DNA of 63,516 bases, filler included, from Octopus bimaculoides (lineage: Eukaryota): the NCBI RefSeq assembly GCF_001194135.2. It is 4 parts of 3 records of this genome, joined end to end, with 100 filler letters (N's around TTAATTAATTAA, not from the genome) between each part and the next. Parts side by side here need not be neighbours in the genome. Positions count along the whole stretch, not along the records: positions 1 to 28,053 come from NC_068989.1; 3 more parts are not named here. One strand, given 5' to 3'. The notes below the pieces were generated by a model. The model made no database searches. It worked only from the letters and a program-made list of their open reading frames with translations, and was not told where the DNA came from. Positions 13,009 through 27,010 of the stretch are shown piece by piece (position 1 is the stretch's first letter; every line of letters starts with the position of its first letter). The position numbers were made by a program, and so were the translations under genes.

Positions 13009-13468
13009 CATTTGAAAGTCTATGAGAATTACTTGAAACAGTTTTGAAGTGTAAAGGTGATTTGTTTTTAAAATTATTTTTTAAAAAATGTTATAGTCTT
13101 TTATCAGGATGTTACTAACCTTTTTTGGAAAGAAGTTTTTTCCTAGTGCGTGCGTGCGTGCGTGCTTTCAATTAACAAACTGCATTCTTTATTAAAAGAC
13201 TTATGATCCAAGATGTTCCTATCTTGGCCATCCCACTTGTTTTCAAACATAGGGTATCTATGATTAGAACCACATTATCTAACATGTCTACGTTTTTTAA
13301 GACACTCCTAGCAGGCTCCTTTGTTGATTAACATACTTTCCCTTGCTTTGGGCTCCCAGCTTGTAACAAAGGCATAGGGGTAGTCATGACATGGGCGTTT
13401 GTAAACTTAGTGGAGTCCATCATTCTCCAGATCTGTTTGAGAATAACTAATATCTTCAAGAGAAACAA

Positions 13469-13470
<2 letters not shown>

Positions 13471-13534
<64 letters not shown>
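13471..13534. repeat. (AG)n microsatellite
   Basis: Direct inspection. Confidence 0.95.
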
Positions 13535-13536
<2 letters not shown>

Positions 13537-14106
13537 GAAAGGAGGAATCAGCTCTACTGTTGGACTTATTCTTTATTCATGTACTTTGATAAAATGAAAA
13601 GCAGATTTGATCTTGACAGAATTTTAACTTGGAGCAAAGGGAGTTAGAACAGACACTACAAGGCATTATATCTAACATGTTAATGATGATTCTACTAAAA
13701 AGTCACTTTGGTTAACATGGACCTGTATTGCACAGTACATACCACCCATATGGTTCACACATGGAGCAATTTCCTAAAGGTTTCTTTCTTTTCTCTTCCT
13801 ACACATATGTTGTTTGCTGGCCTCACAACCAAATTACTGTTCTTCAAAGTAGGCTGTTTCCCACTTTAGTATTGTAGGTCAACGGTACGCTTGCAACATC
13901 ATACCTACTCTGCGTCTTATAATATTGGTCTTAAAAAATCCTGTAAAAACCTGCCCACTGAAACAAGTAAACCTAACTAGTTAACCCTTTCACAATGAAC
14001 ATAAATTTCATGATTGTTCTGTCAAGTTACATTGCCTCAGTAAACTTGACATATCTTGAAAAAAAGTAGTTTCAAACGTAGCATTCCTTAACAAAAATGA
14101 CGTTGG

Positions 14107-14430
14107 TATCTTTATCTTTTACTTGATTCTGTCATTGGACTGCAACCATGCTGAGACACCAGCTCAAGGGGTTTTAGTCAAATGAATTGATCCTGGTACT
14201 TATATTTTTAAAAGCCTGGTACTTCTATCAGTCTCTTATTGCTGAACCATCAAGTTCCGGGGACATAAACCAATACTGAATAGGTGGTGAGGGACAAATA
14301 CACCCTGCCACACATATGCATATATACATGTATATACGATGGGCTTCTTTCAGTTTCTATCTTCTAAATCCACTCACAAAGTTTTGGTCAGCCCAAAGCT
14401 ATAGTAGAAGGTACAAGCTACCACACAGTT
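14107..14430 (-). mobile_element. Diverged near-full-length copy of main SINE
   Basis: Colinear with 32902-33300 from the tctttatcttttacttg tail to the ccacacag head. Confidence 0.75.
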
Positions 14431-14554
14431 AAGGGTACTGAAATTTTGAGTGGATAAATCTGATTTCTACAGTAATAAGGTTAAAGTCAGGTATCCATAA
14501 ATGTACACAGAAATATGGTACTAATCCCTAAATATTTACTTTGTTTTACTTAAT

Positions 14555-14800
14555 TATTGTTTGTTGTTACTGTTACTTTGTTGTTGCTACAGCTATCATA
14601 AATGTTTTACTGTTGTTGTTGTTGTTGTTGTTACTGCTATTGTCCTTGTTCTTGTTGCTGCTGCAAGTGATGTTGGTGTTGCTGTTATTGTTGTTGGTGT
14701 TACTGCTGTTATTACTACTGTGTTGCTTTTGCTACTGTTTTTGTCACTGTTGTTTATGCTGTTGTTTTTTGCTGCTGTTACTATTGTTGTTCCTTTGTTT
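14555..14800. repeat. Degenerate (TTG/CTG)n trinucleotide tract
   Basis: Direct inspection; explains the poly-Leu/Val pseudo-ORFs. Confidence 0.85.
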
Positions 14801-16399
14801 ACATGGGCATTTAAGTCTCTGTTTTATTATTCCTTTCATTTAATTAATTATTCAATTATTTTATATCCATTTCTTTATTGACACTCTCTTCATTATTGTT
14901 GATCTTTTTTTGTCATTATTGCTCTTCTGCTTTTTCTTTCTTGTTTTGTTATTGTCTACTTTTTTTCCTTTTTTTTATGAGTTTTTGTTCTTATGATTGT
15001 CCATTCTATGTTATTATTGTTATTCAGTTTGTTATTGTTTCTAAAGTTTGATGCTGAACTTGAGGAATTGGCACCGTTCAATTGGTCCTTCTTTCAGTCT
15101 AATGATAAAATGCAAAACAAACCTGTGTCTTTCACAATTTGAAAGCACTCATGCAACTTCAAGCTCTCATCTCTTCAAGGATCATTATTTTGATAACTTT
15201 CAAGTAAAAATTCCTCTGATTATTATGAAAGACAGCTTTTGTTGCCATTTACTTACCAATATAATCCTGCTATTTGTCTTCTCTTGTTAGACATAATGCA
15301 CATGTGTGTGTGTTTATGCGTGTATGTATGTGCTTGAACGTGTGTGTGTGTGTAATTTAAAATATGTGAATCACTATTGGCATTGTTGACTTTACACTTA
15401 AGGAATCCAACCAAAACTTCTCTAAAGAGAAAGCTGGTTTATGCAACCTAGGCAACCTTAAGAACTTTTCTAGTGAATTCTCACTGTTTGAAGAAGAACA
15501 GTTTATTATTTCATTTCACACTTGATCCCACCCACTTCTTATTTCTGCCTATGTCTTTGATTACTCAAATTGACATATTATGTTATTGAGCCAAGTGTTT
15601 CTGAGAACAACTGGTACAACCTCAACCTTTCATGACCTCTCTCACTTGAATAGTAGCGGCTATTTTTCTGTTTATAAAGTGAAATACAGAGAATAGTTTT
15701 TCCCCTTTTTCATTCTCCTATCTTCTTGTATCTTTTGGAATTTGAAGTGTCAATGAAGTGGCATTATCATGTCTCCTTATAAACGATGACTGTTTTTAAC
15801 CTGTTTTTCTCTATAAATCTGATAATCAGCATTGATATTAGCGAAAGCAACTTTATCATATAGGTTTTCAGTTGCTCCTTCTGCCTTAGGCCAGGGCTGC
15901 TTTTATGGCTACAACATTATTCTAGTTGTACCACTTCCACCATATCATAGTTTAAAATGATAAAGTTCTACTTGGATCAAACTAAAACCACTCAAAAGTC
16001 TATATATATGTAGATATTACTTTCATTTACTCACAAGTGAGAAATATGTCAACATAGAAACAGAGATTTTAAAACAGTGATGATGGTAATACATAAAATC
16101 TTTTTTTTACACATGTTTGAATGTGACTAGTTACCTAAACCTTTATGATTTAGTATAACAGTTTCTTCAGTATGGAGACTGTACAATGTATTCACACAAA
16201 AAATATATGTATGAAAAAGTTGATGTATTTCTCTGTTGGATTTCTAACAAAATAGATAGACATAATTTTATGTCATTTGTTTCATAACTGTGGTCATTTT
16301 AAACTAGATAGAACTTCAACAAAGTATTTACTGGCTGTATATGACTATATAACCTCTGGATTTCTCTTATCATCTAGTTTGAAGAAAAGGTATATATTC

Positions 16400-16985
16400 T
16401 GCCAGATGAAGTGTGACATACAGGGCATATTACATCTGTCTGATGGGCTCCTGCAGAAAAATGCACAACAAACAAGTCATTTTGCCCCTGTTCAGAGGGC
16501 TACATCAGATCATCATCATCATCATCATCGTTTAACGTCCACCTTCCATGCTAGCATGGGTTGGACGATTTGACTGAGGACTGGTGAAACCGGATGGCAA
16601 CACCAGGCTCCAATCTAATTTGGCAGAGTTTCTACAGCTGGATGCCCTTCCTAACGCCAACCACTCAGAGAGTGTAGTGGGTGCTTTTACGTGTCACCCG
16701 CACGAAAACGACAGGTCATGCTGCATATGTTTGGCTGGCTTTGTCAAATGAAGTGTGACAAACAGTCATGTTACAACTCTTTGTTTGGTTTGCCTGACGA
16801 GGTGTAACAGAGAGGTCAGGGTACATTTGTTTGGTAGGTCTGTAAGATGAAGAATGATGGACAAATCATGTTACATCTGTTTGTCTAGCTTCCTTAGACG
16901 AAGTGTGACAGACAGACCATGTTGCATCTGTTTGGCTGCTTCCATCTGATGAAGTGTAACTTACAAATTGTGTGACATCTGTTAT
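16400..16985. repeat. Degenerate 49-51-bp minisatellite interrupted by an RTE insertion
   Basis: The anchor GAAGTGT (or a variant) recurs at 16408, 16750, 16799, 16849, 16900 and 16951, each followed by gaca...catgttacatctgtttg-like sequence. Confidence 0.8.
16509..16709 (-). mobile_element. Short, young-looking RTE 3' end insertion
   Basis: (ATC)n cgtttaacgtccaccttccatgctagcatgggttggacg...ggatgcccttcctaacgccaacc; CpGs are retained, whereas sister copies mostly show TG/CA at those positions. Confidence 0.88.
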
Positions 16986-18606
16986 TCTCTCTAATGTCTA
17001 CATATATATTCAAAGGCTATGATAATTCCTGCAATAGCTAATGCAGATTTGATCAGTGTGTGATCATCTCAGATGTACTTGGCATTGCAACATAACTTTA
17101 TATTTAATGTTGCAGCTGATATTACAGATATGTGAACGTGTTTGAAGTTTTATATTAGTATGGACCAGAGACAGAGTGTTGTTATATCACTGTGCAAGTA
17201 TTTGTCTGTAGTCATACTGATTTATATATGTGTTTACTGAGTAAACAGGCTTTAGTTAGTAATTCTGCTTCTCGATTGATTAATTGTTCTTTTAATTTGA
17301 ATATTTTCATTTTATTGAATAGAATAAATGTTTGCAGTGTGAGTAAAACCAATGATGCATTGGATTACAACATTTTCAATGATTTGCTGGGTTACTTTTT
17401 TGTATTTTAAATATAGATCTCTTCAAGTTTACAATTAATGTTTTTGATGGCAGGAAGAGTATCATTTCTGGAAGTAGTTTCATTTTCCGTATTTGTAGAT
17501 TATAGAAACATTAAACTAATTTTAACCATAGAGAACTGCTTGTAAACAGATAAAAGAAAGTGATAATAATTGGAAGAGGTAATAATTAGATAATTGAATC
17601 ATTAAAGCACTGGTCAAAAACGCCTTGCAGTATTTAGTTTCAGTCTTTTACGTTCTGAATTTAAATCTTGCCAAAGTGAACCTAGTCTTTCATCCTTCTG
17701 ATACAAATAAAATACTACTATACATTTCTTCTAACGTTGTGGCCTTGTGCCTATGTTAATATATCAATAATTAACAAATGTAAACTGTTAATACAGACAT
17801 CTTTGATTATGTGAAATGATCAAAGGTCTATCAAATAGAGCTAAATGGAATTTTATATAACATCTGCTATAGAGCTGGGAAACTCTTCGCTTTGTATTAT
17901 TTCTAAGCTTCATGTGTGACATGTGTGTTTCATTCCATTTCTCTTAGCAACTATTTCATGTCTAACATGGTATTAATAATGATACTGTTGATGGTGATGG
18001 TTGTTGTGGTCATGGCAAGGATCATAATAGTGTTAGTGATAGCAACAATGACAAAGATAATTACGAAAGCTTGGTCAATAGTTAAAAGTTAACCCCATTT
18101 ATTTGGAAAATTAGTTCCAACAATTGATGGGAAGTTAACCTTGCAATGGACTAGCATCCCATTCAGTGATAGAAGTGAGGATTATTGTAATCTCAGTCAC
18201 TTATACACCATGAAAACTGGATTAAGCTCCTGCATTATATGTTTTAAGTTCTCATGACAGACCTTAGTAGTAGAAGTAGTACCTTAATGATGTTAACATG
18301 TGGGTTGGTCTTATTGGCAAGGAAATCTTCATCACATAGAACATTGCTTGTGTATTAAACTGATGGAGTTTAATTTGGAGTTTGGAGTTGTTTGTATAGG
18401 AAAATAAAATAGGTGTTAAAACTCTGCTACTGCTGTTGTTGATGAGGAGGGTGGTAGGAGAGGTGTCATTGATGATGATAACACATACATAGCAGTACAA
18501 ATATAAAGTATATGTAGCATTAGACTTCGCTGCTTCTGTTATAAAACAAGCATTTTACTTACTTGATCAATTTAGAAGACTTTGTGTGTGTGTGTGTGTG
18601 TGTGTG

Positions 18607-18835
18607 CGTATTCTTTTACATGTTTCAGCCATTTGACTGTGGCCATGTTGGAGCACCTCCTTAAAGTGTTTGAGTTGAAGAAATCAACCCCAGGACTTAT
18701 TCTTTGTAAGCCTAGTACTTATTCTATCAGTCTCTTTGCTGAATTGATAAGTTACAGGGACATAAATACACCAACATTGGTTGCTAAGCGATGGTGGGGG
18801 AACAAACGCAGGCACAAAGACACATACGCATAAAT
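18607..18835 (-). mobile_element. 3' half of main SINE
   Basis: tcttttacatgtttcagccatttgactgtggccatg...cttattctttgtaagcctagtacttattc...acaccaacattggttgctaagcgatgg. Confidence 0.85.
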
Positions 18836-18991
18836 ATATATTCAGCTCTTTATTTGGCATAAGCGGTGCTACTCAGCACCCTCCATCACTTTTGCGACCT
18901 CTTTCAATTTTGCCTTTAGGTTCTAATTGCTAATGAGCCACCCTTTTAATTTGTTGTACACACACAAATACACGCACACACACACACACAC

Positions 18992-19039
<48 letters not shown>

Positions 19040-19048
<9 letters not shown>

Positions 19049-19205
19049 GGTTTCATTCAGTTTCTACCAAATTCACTAATCTACTGTAAACTCATAATTC
19101 AATCTGAACTATATTAGAGAAAACTTGCCCTAGGTGGCTCTCAATGGACCTGAACCCCAAACCATGTGGTTAGGAAGCAAGCTTTAAAACCACACAGCCA
19201 TGCGT
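19040..19205 (-). mobile_element. Diverged 5' half of main SINE adjoining (TA)n
   Basis: ttcagtttctaccaaattcact...cttgccc...tgaaccccaaaccatgtggttagg...ccacacagcca. Confidence 0.7.
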
Positions 19206-19225
19206 GTACTAGTATATGTGTGTGT

Positions 19226-19258
<33 letters not shown>

Positions 19259-22200
19259 GGGGGGAGGGAGAGAGAGAGAGTGTATATGTGTATATTGGTA
19301 TAAACATCATGTCATCTAAGTATCTAAGTTCCTAAGATGTAACTCTACTAAACTTAGCCATTCAATAAATAGAAATTGCTAAAATGAATATCTGATTAAG
19401 TTATAGTATCACTATAATTGTCTAAAACCTTTCAAGGCAGAGTCCCAGATTGGCCACAGTAAAAATAATAATTAATTAATATGTAAATATTGTATATTAT
19501 AAAACTGCTTTCCTCTGTTACTCTGTGTATATGAGACATCAGAGGAAAGTGACAGGATAGTAGAACAGAATAATCAATATAAGAGGAGAGAGAGAGAGAC
19601 TTTGCCAACCATTATTATGAGGATTTCTTTAGTAGTATCATTTACTCAAAGAAAATTCATATAAATACAAACAGTGCATTCTTCATCAGTGTATTTGCCA
19701 AAGTGTTCCTCTTTTTTAATGGGTTTCCATTTTCTTAAAAGGATTAGAATAAAAATTTACTGGAAGAATTAAACAAGAAACCAATTTCAGTGCAATAAAT
19801 CACTGTGTCATTAATGGTGCCATAAACTATACAGAAAGATTTAGTAAAGTTAACACTCCACAAGGTTAACACTCTTGCCATTTGTTATTGATTGCCAATG
19901 TTCCAGATAAATTCTTTCTGTTTTAGACACTCTGTTTATTGAGAAAGTTATGTAGTAAGTCCATACTTTGGCATACACACACTCACAACCAATAAGGTAG
20001 CTTCTGTGAGATCATTAGAAATAACAGCCAGATTTTTCTCAATTCATATGCTACTGTTCCATAAAAAACAATCTGGTCTTAGATACACTGTATCAGAAAA
20101 ATAGATAGAAATGGATAGAATGCCTTTACTCATAAGTCTGATCAAATAGGGCAGACCTAAGGTTAAACAAGTACTCCTAAGTAGATGATACCAATCAAAG
20201 GCATTCCATTTCTTACCATTTCTTTAAAACTACTTTATATTTAGTTTAGAACAATAGTGTTTCTAAATACATTAAAATTTCAAAACCTGTCTTACATCAT
20301 CATGAGTACTGGTATTATGTTGTTGGTTCACTTTGCAGTAGTTCACAAAGGCTCATGGAAATATTTCAATAACTGATAAAATCGTACATGCTAGATTTAA
20401 TACTGGTTAAATTCTGGTAAATTTCATGTTTTAGTTTACCTGTGATGTGTCTGTTTGCTGATGTTTTCTTTTATTTTGTATTTTGCTCTTTGAAGAACAT
20501 CCATAGTTATTCTCCCTTTTTTTTTATGAATTTCTTTTTCATAAATTTGGAGAGCAATTAACTAGTGTTTTTCTCTCTAATTTTATTTTGTTTATTGCAT
20601 ACTAATGAAGTGCAATGATTCCTTGATGTAAATGCATGTGATGGGAATGTGTTGTATTTTTGTGTCCAATGTGACTGTTAAAGTTATAAAGTTAACAATT
20701 TTAATGTTAGTCTTGAAATTTATATTCATTACATTGGTTGTCTGAAGCCCATTTTGTGGGTTTACTACATTGTGATAACGTTTTGATATTGAGCTCTTAT
20801 ATATTGATATTATTGTAATATGTTCCTAGTTTATTAAGTGTGGTATATGTGTTCTGTATTATAAATATTTTGATGATATATCATCTATTTTGTAACACTC
20901 GTGTATAAGATATGTGGTTGTAAGTGTATTTTAGTTGGTGCTGCACCTGTTGTATCAGTTATCATAGTAAATTTCTTCTTCTATTGTTCTAGGGCCTGGT
21001 CTAATAATGTAATAGGGGACCCATTATTAACTAATGTGTGTTTTGCATGTATAGTTTCTTTAAGTAAAGGTCTACTAATAGCAAAATACAAATAAAAGTA
21101 ATCAATACTCAGATACACCACACATAAAATAAATAAGGAAATCTATCAAAATTTAATCATTGTATAATTTTAAAATTCAATGTGCATGTTTTTATCAGTT
21201 ATTACTCTATTGCAGTCATACTTAGTGAACTCCTGCAAAGTGCACAAACAACATACCATGATTACTGTTCCTTCTTTTTGAAGATGAGACAAAGAAGGTC
21301 AAGAAATGTTAAAGAACAATGGCTTCAGGAATGCTATTGTTTCTAATTCCATAAAGGATTATTAATAAAGAAATGTGAGAAAAAAGACTAATAACAAAAA
21401 CCAGTGCAAACAAACCTACGTCCTTAATATAACATGTTGGAAAGAAAATTTGTTCATTATTTCCATCAATGAATATTTATTATCTCTCAACATTGGTTCT
21501 TCATTCATTATATTCACTTTTTCACCAAATCTCCATCTCTGACCATCCCTCACTCTTCCCATACACTCTTGCAACCTCTACCTACCTATGCTAGCTCTTC
21601 TCAATTCTACTCACGTTGTACCCTGAGAGGCTATTCTGACATCTCATTACCTCAACGTCTTACTTTCTAGCTCAACCCAAGTTATCTCAATCCTTTCTTC
21701 TATAATGTAAGTAGCCATGTAGCTACTCCTGCAACAACAACTCAGTTCTGTTTTTGTTCCTCTCTTATGCTGTAACATGTCATCTTCTAGAACAGAGCTG
21801 CCTCCTTCTCTACTGTAGCCCTACTTAGTCAAATGAGATCTTAGTCCTGTGAGTTATATGTACACTTCACTAGTGCTGGTGCCATGATGAAAGCACCCAA
21901 TAGAGGCTGTAAAGTGGCTAACATTAGGAAGGACAACCATCTATAAGAACCATGACAAAGCAGGCATTGGAGCAGAATGCAGTCCTTGAACCCATCAGAA
22001 CTTGTCAAACCAGCCAACCCATGTTGCATGGATTGTGGACATCAAAAGATTATGATGTGATAATGATAATGAGTACAACACAGTATGATTCAAAAGAACT
22101 GAAATAAATTTAGATATTGAAAGCCTGTTTGTGGTAGATACACTCTTTCTATTTTTTTTTATGTGCAGCAAAAAAATGAGAGGATTTTTATGATGGACCA

Positions 22201-22733
22201 CTTTACAATTTGTTGATCATTCCTCAAAGAATATGTACACAGCTTCTTTTCCCAACCAATTAAGTTGAATCTTCAGCTGATATATAAAATAAGTTATAAA
22301 TTAGCCAAGTACAATTAGTAGATAAAATAATCTGCATATTTATGCTTGTCATTAATAAACAATATACATTTAATAGAAAACATAGTGTGATTCATAAGAA
22401 CTGAAATGAATTAAAATAATAAAACAGCTGGCTTATGGAAATGAGAAGATTGTAAACAGATACCTTCTATTATTTTGGTGTGCAGAAAAAATATGGAATC
22501 TCTCTTATTAGAATGTTGTATTTTCATGATTTGTTGATTACTCCTCAGAGAAGATGTACATAGCACAGGCATGACTGTGTAGTTAAATAACTCATTTCAT
22601 ATCTTTGTGGTTCTTAGTTCAGTTCCACTACTTGACCCCTTGAGGAGGTGTCTTCTAACAATGCCTTGAGTTTACCAATAACTTGTAAATAGACTTAGGT
22701 AGACAGAAACTTTGTATGATTTCACTGTATGTA

Positions 22734-22775
<42 letters not shown>

Positions 22776-25700
22776 CGCGTGTAATGCGCACACATACATA
22801 CATACATAACATGAATAACTACCATGGACTCTCTTCCTGCTGAACTATATTTATATGCATATTTATGTAATTTTTTTTATGAATGCTTTGATGCCATAAA
22901 TAACTACTTGTACTTTTACTATAACTTTATTTTCATTAACTCAACTGGTGCATTTCCTATAACCAACTCTTGTTTAGTTAGATTCTCTCTCTTATTAGTA
23001 TGTTGTATTTTAGGAATTCGATCTGGTATGAGATCTAATCTGGTCCATAGCTATTCTATGCCTTTTGATGTATTCTTGCCCATTGTATACATAAAGATGT
23101 AAATATATCTTATTCATGAAGTTTATTTCCTTATGATTGTTTCAACCAAAATAAATACCATTGGAAGAGAACACTCCCTATATCTGTTTTAATAGAAACT
23201 TTCTCTGCATCACATCATGTGTGGAGCTCTTAATTGAAAGTGGTCTTCTTTGTGTTTTAATGAAAAATACTAAGTGACATGTTGCTAGGTTGTTAGACTT
23301 ACAGCCCAATGTTTAGGTGCCCTTGTTAGGGTGGTGTTTTGTGTTCTTGAGAACACTTTACTTCCTATTGCTCCAGTACACTCAACTAAAAATGAATATG
23401 AGCTGGAGAGTTTAATCTGTGATAGGTTGACATGTGTGTGCATATATGTGTGTGTGTGTGCACGCCTAAATAAACATGTATATTTGCATACATGCATATA
23501 TAACATAGATATTATCAACAGAGCAATGACATAATTTAATGTCCATGTTCCATGTTAGCATAGGTTGATTTGTTTGATATGATTCAGTGTATCCAAGAAC
23601 TGCATCCTGTTCTAATCTCTGCTTTGGCATGATTCCTATGGCTGGATATCCTTCATAATGTCAAACACTTTACAGCTTGTATTAGGTGCTTTTAAAATGG
23701 CACCAGCACAAGTGAAGTTGACATGTGGCCCACAAGATTAAGATCTCCTTTGACTGAGTGGAGCAACAGTTGAGAGAAAGGTTGTTTTATGTTGGAAGAT
23801 GAAGAATTAAAGTATGAAAAAAAAAAAGCTAGAGCAGAACAGGTTTCTTGCTGTGGAGGTGCTACATAGGTATTCGTATTATAGAAGAGGGGTAGGATTG
23901 ATTGGGGTGAAGCTGGAATGAGATAAAAATAGTGTTGATGAGGTGTCAGAACAGACCCTCAAAGTATGAGGAAAGTAAAAGTGAGTGGAGACTGAACAGG
24001 ATGTGTAGGTAACTAGAGTTTGTAGTAGTATGATGGTGGTGAGGGGGAATAAGAAATGGTCAGTGATGAGGATTAAAAAAAGGGTGAATGTAATGAATGA
24101 AAAACAAGTGTTGAGGGATGGTAAATAAGGAAGGTAAGGAAGAGTAGGTGACAATTCTAGAGAGTTCCAGGTAGGGAAAAAAGGTATGGGTATGTTGCTG
24201 CTTGTGGTATTACAGGAGAATATTAGGTTCTCTGAATTTTATACTAAATAATTGACTGGTGAAAATACCAAAAGATGAGTTTAGTATGAAAAGGAAACAA
24301 TAATGAATGCTAACCTACTAAATGAATCATGAGTCAAGATATTTTAATTATCATGCAGTGATGAAACAAAAAAAATTATTATTTTAATGATTAATTCTGA
24401 CCCAGAAAGACAGGGGAGACAATCCTAGAATTTAAATTAATTGTAAACAGAATATAATGGAAGTGAACCAATAACATAATGCCTTTTCTCTCATCATGAC
24501 AAATGTAATTTCACCACTTTGTTAAATAAGTTAAACATTACTCCAAGCATACATTTGAAAAGCTTATTGTAACAATAATTTGGATCAAGACTTTCTATTT
24601 TGAAATATACTTTCTAATCTTGACACAAAGCCAGCAATTTAAGGGGGAAGGGGAAGTCACTTACATCAACCCCAGTACTCAGCAGGCACTTACTTTATTG
24701 ACCTCAAAAGGATGAAAAGTAAAGTCAACCTCAGTGGCATTTGAACTCATAATGTAAAGAGCCAGAAGAAATGTCACTAAGCATTTTCTCCAGCAATGTG
24801 ACAATTCTACCATCTCACCACGTTTTCAAGTAATTCCAAGAGGTATTAATCATTTTTATTTTTGTTTAGCCCTTGATCAACTCTACTGAAGCAGACAACT
24901 TAATGATCTATTCTTAACCATCTAATCATTTTACTTTACAAGCTCATCTTTCTTTTTTAAATAATAGCATGTGATTTGAGGAAGATTTGGCCATTACCTT
25001 TAGCAGGTTGTGTGAACATGTAGAGACCACTCATTGGTTCATAGGGACTTTTTCGTTGACTTGACAGGGAGCTCCCATTTTGTGGGTTGTGTTCCTTGAA
25101 ATACTTAGTGGCTCTTTACATATTCTTCAGGCTGCTTTCCAATCTTAAATTTGCTTAACCCTATTGTTGATCTGACAGCTCCATTTCAGCAGCAGAAATA
25201 TCTAAATAACTTATGGAAAAGTTGTGCGAAATCTTGATGCTGGACAGTTCCATAGTAAATACAGAGGACCTCAAAGAATCCATGCTTACTACTATTCATT
25301 TAGTTTCACTTTTGTTATTTGTTCTGTCATTGTTATGGCCCAGATCGGTTGTAAATTGTAGTCAACAGAAGAGATACAAAAAAGCCAATGACACTACAAA
25401 AGTTAGGTAGCTGCTAAGTTTGTTCTAACCCTGCTCTCCAATCGGGTATTAAAGCAGTTATCAACATGTTATTCTATAGCTGCTGGCATTTATGATTGCT
25501 ACTATTGATGGCATTGTTGGTTTTAATGTCCATTTTAAGTTACATTCTGTTTCATACATACTTCTCTCTCACTACTCTATTAATCATAGTTGTGTGTGTG
25601 TCTGTGTGTCTCATAAATTTGCTCAGACTAACTATGTCATTTTCTTGTTATTCCCACATTTCTCAGCTGTAGTTTAAAGGAAAATAAATTATTGATCATT

Positions 25701-26933
25701 CCAACTCTCTACATCACTCATCGTCTTTCTCACTCACTTTCCTTTTCTCTCACTATCTACTTCTCCCACTATCAATTACTATACTTCTCTCTCACTCTCT
25801 TTATTTAACTATACTTGTTTCTCCATCCATCTAACCATTCATCCATCCATCCATCCATCCATCTATCTATCTCTACCATACTAATTTGTTTAGCATTTTT
25901 GTTACCAAGTTTCTCTGCCCCCATCCCCCTATTTACACACACACACACACATTATCTTTCTTGCCAACTTTATACGCACCATCTATCACAATACATTTTT
26001 CACTACTTATTAATTTACCTTTTGTACTCTTCTCAATCTTACAAAGTATCTCCCTCTTCTGTCTCTCTCTCACTCTTTCCCTCTCTTTCTTCTTCTCTCT
26101 GTTTCATTTATAGCACATACTAGTCTTATTTTTGAAATGTGAGAATTTTATTCCTTAAGGTGTTACATCACTGTCTAACACAAACTGGCTTCTGTTACAT
26201 AGTTGTACATTTTATTGCCCAATCCCATAGGGATTGTCACAAGACATTTTTCTCTTTTCCGATTTGTTTCTGCAATTGTAGCTGTAGAATGCATGTTGCA
26301 TATCTGTTATTTGATACAATGAACCAATTAAAGACTTGATTTATTGCCTGTTACTTCACCAAGTTTATTTTGACAGTGAAATTCATATGCAGGGAACGAA
26401 AATCCATTTCTTTATTGCAAATATATGAGGATCTGTCATTCCTGAAGAAGAAAAAGAACAAAACAATTATTTTGATATAAAAATTCTGCTTTCGTTTTTC
26501 ATTTTTTATGATCTGTTGTGTTTATTTTTTAGGTAGTCGTTTTATTCTTAACTCTTTTGTTCTTTTACTGGTTTCAGTTATTGGACTGAGGCCATGCTGG
26601 AGCACATCCATTGAACATTTTAATCGATTGTATTGAAGTTGGAATTTTATCAATCTCTGTTTATTGAATGGTCAAGTTACTTTGACATGAAAATATATAA
26701 ATCTCAGCATAGATTTACACTGGTAGACACAAGCAAGGGCATTCCCTATATGGCTGCAAGAATTAGAAGCTTCCTTCTCGACAATTTGGTCCTAAGCCTT
26801 GTGATTGGATTTGGTTGGTGGAAACTGAAAGAAGTTCATTGTGTATGTGTGTGTATATATGTGTGTGTTTATATATATATATATGTTTGTGTGTATATAT
26901 ATATATATATATGTGTGCATGTGTATATATATG

Positions 26934-27010
<77 letters not shown>

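Noticed and set aside
14541-14881. Poly-Leu/Val 'membrane protein' ORFs (also 33542-33956, 34495-34801) and YI/CV/HT-repeat ORFs throughout
   Set aside because: Translations of tri- and dinucleotide microsatellites; no splice or homology support.
16710-16985. CRISPR-like regular spacing
   Set aside because: Units are similar along their whole length with no unique spacers, and the context is eukaryotic with no cas genes; it is a minisatellite.
26340-26444. Strong minus-strand acceptor (ttctttttcttcttcag) at 26442
   Set aside because: The following frames stop within ~30 codons with no recognisable homology and only a weak donor; not supportable without RNA data.
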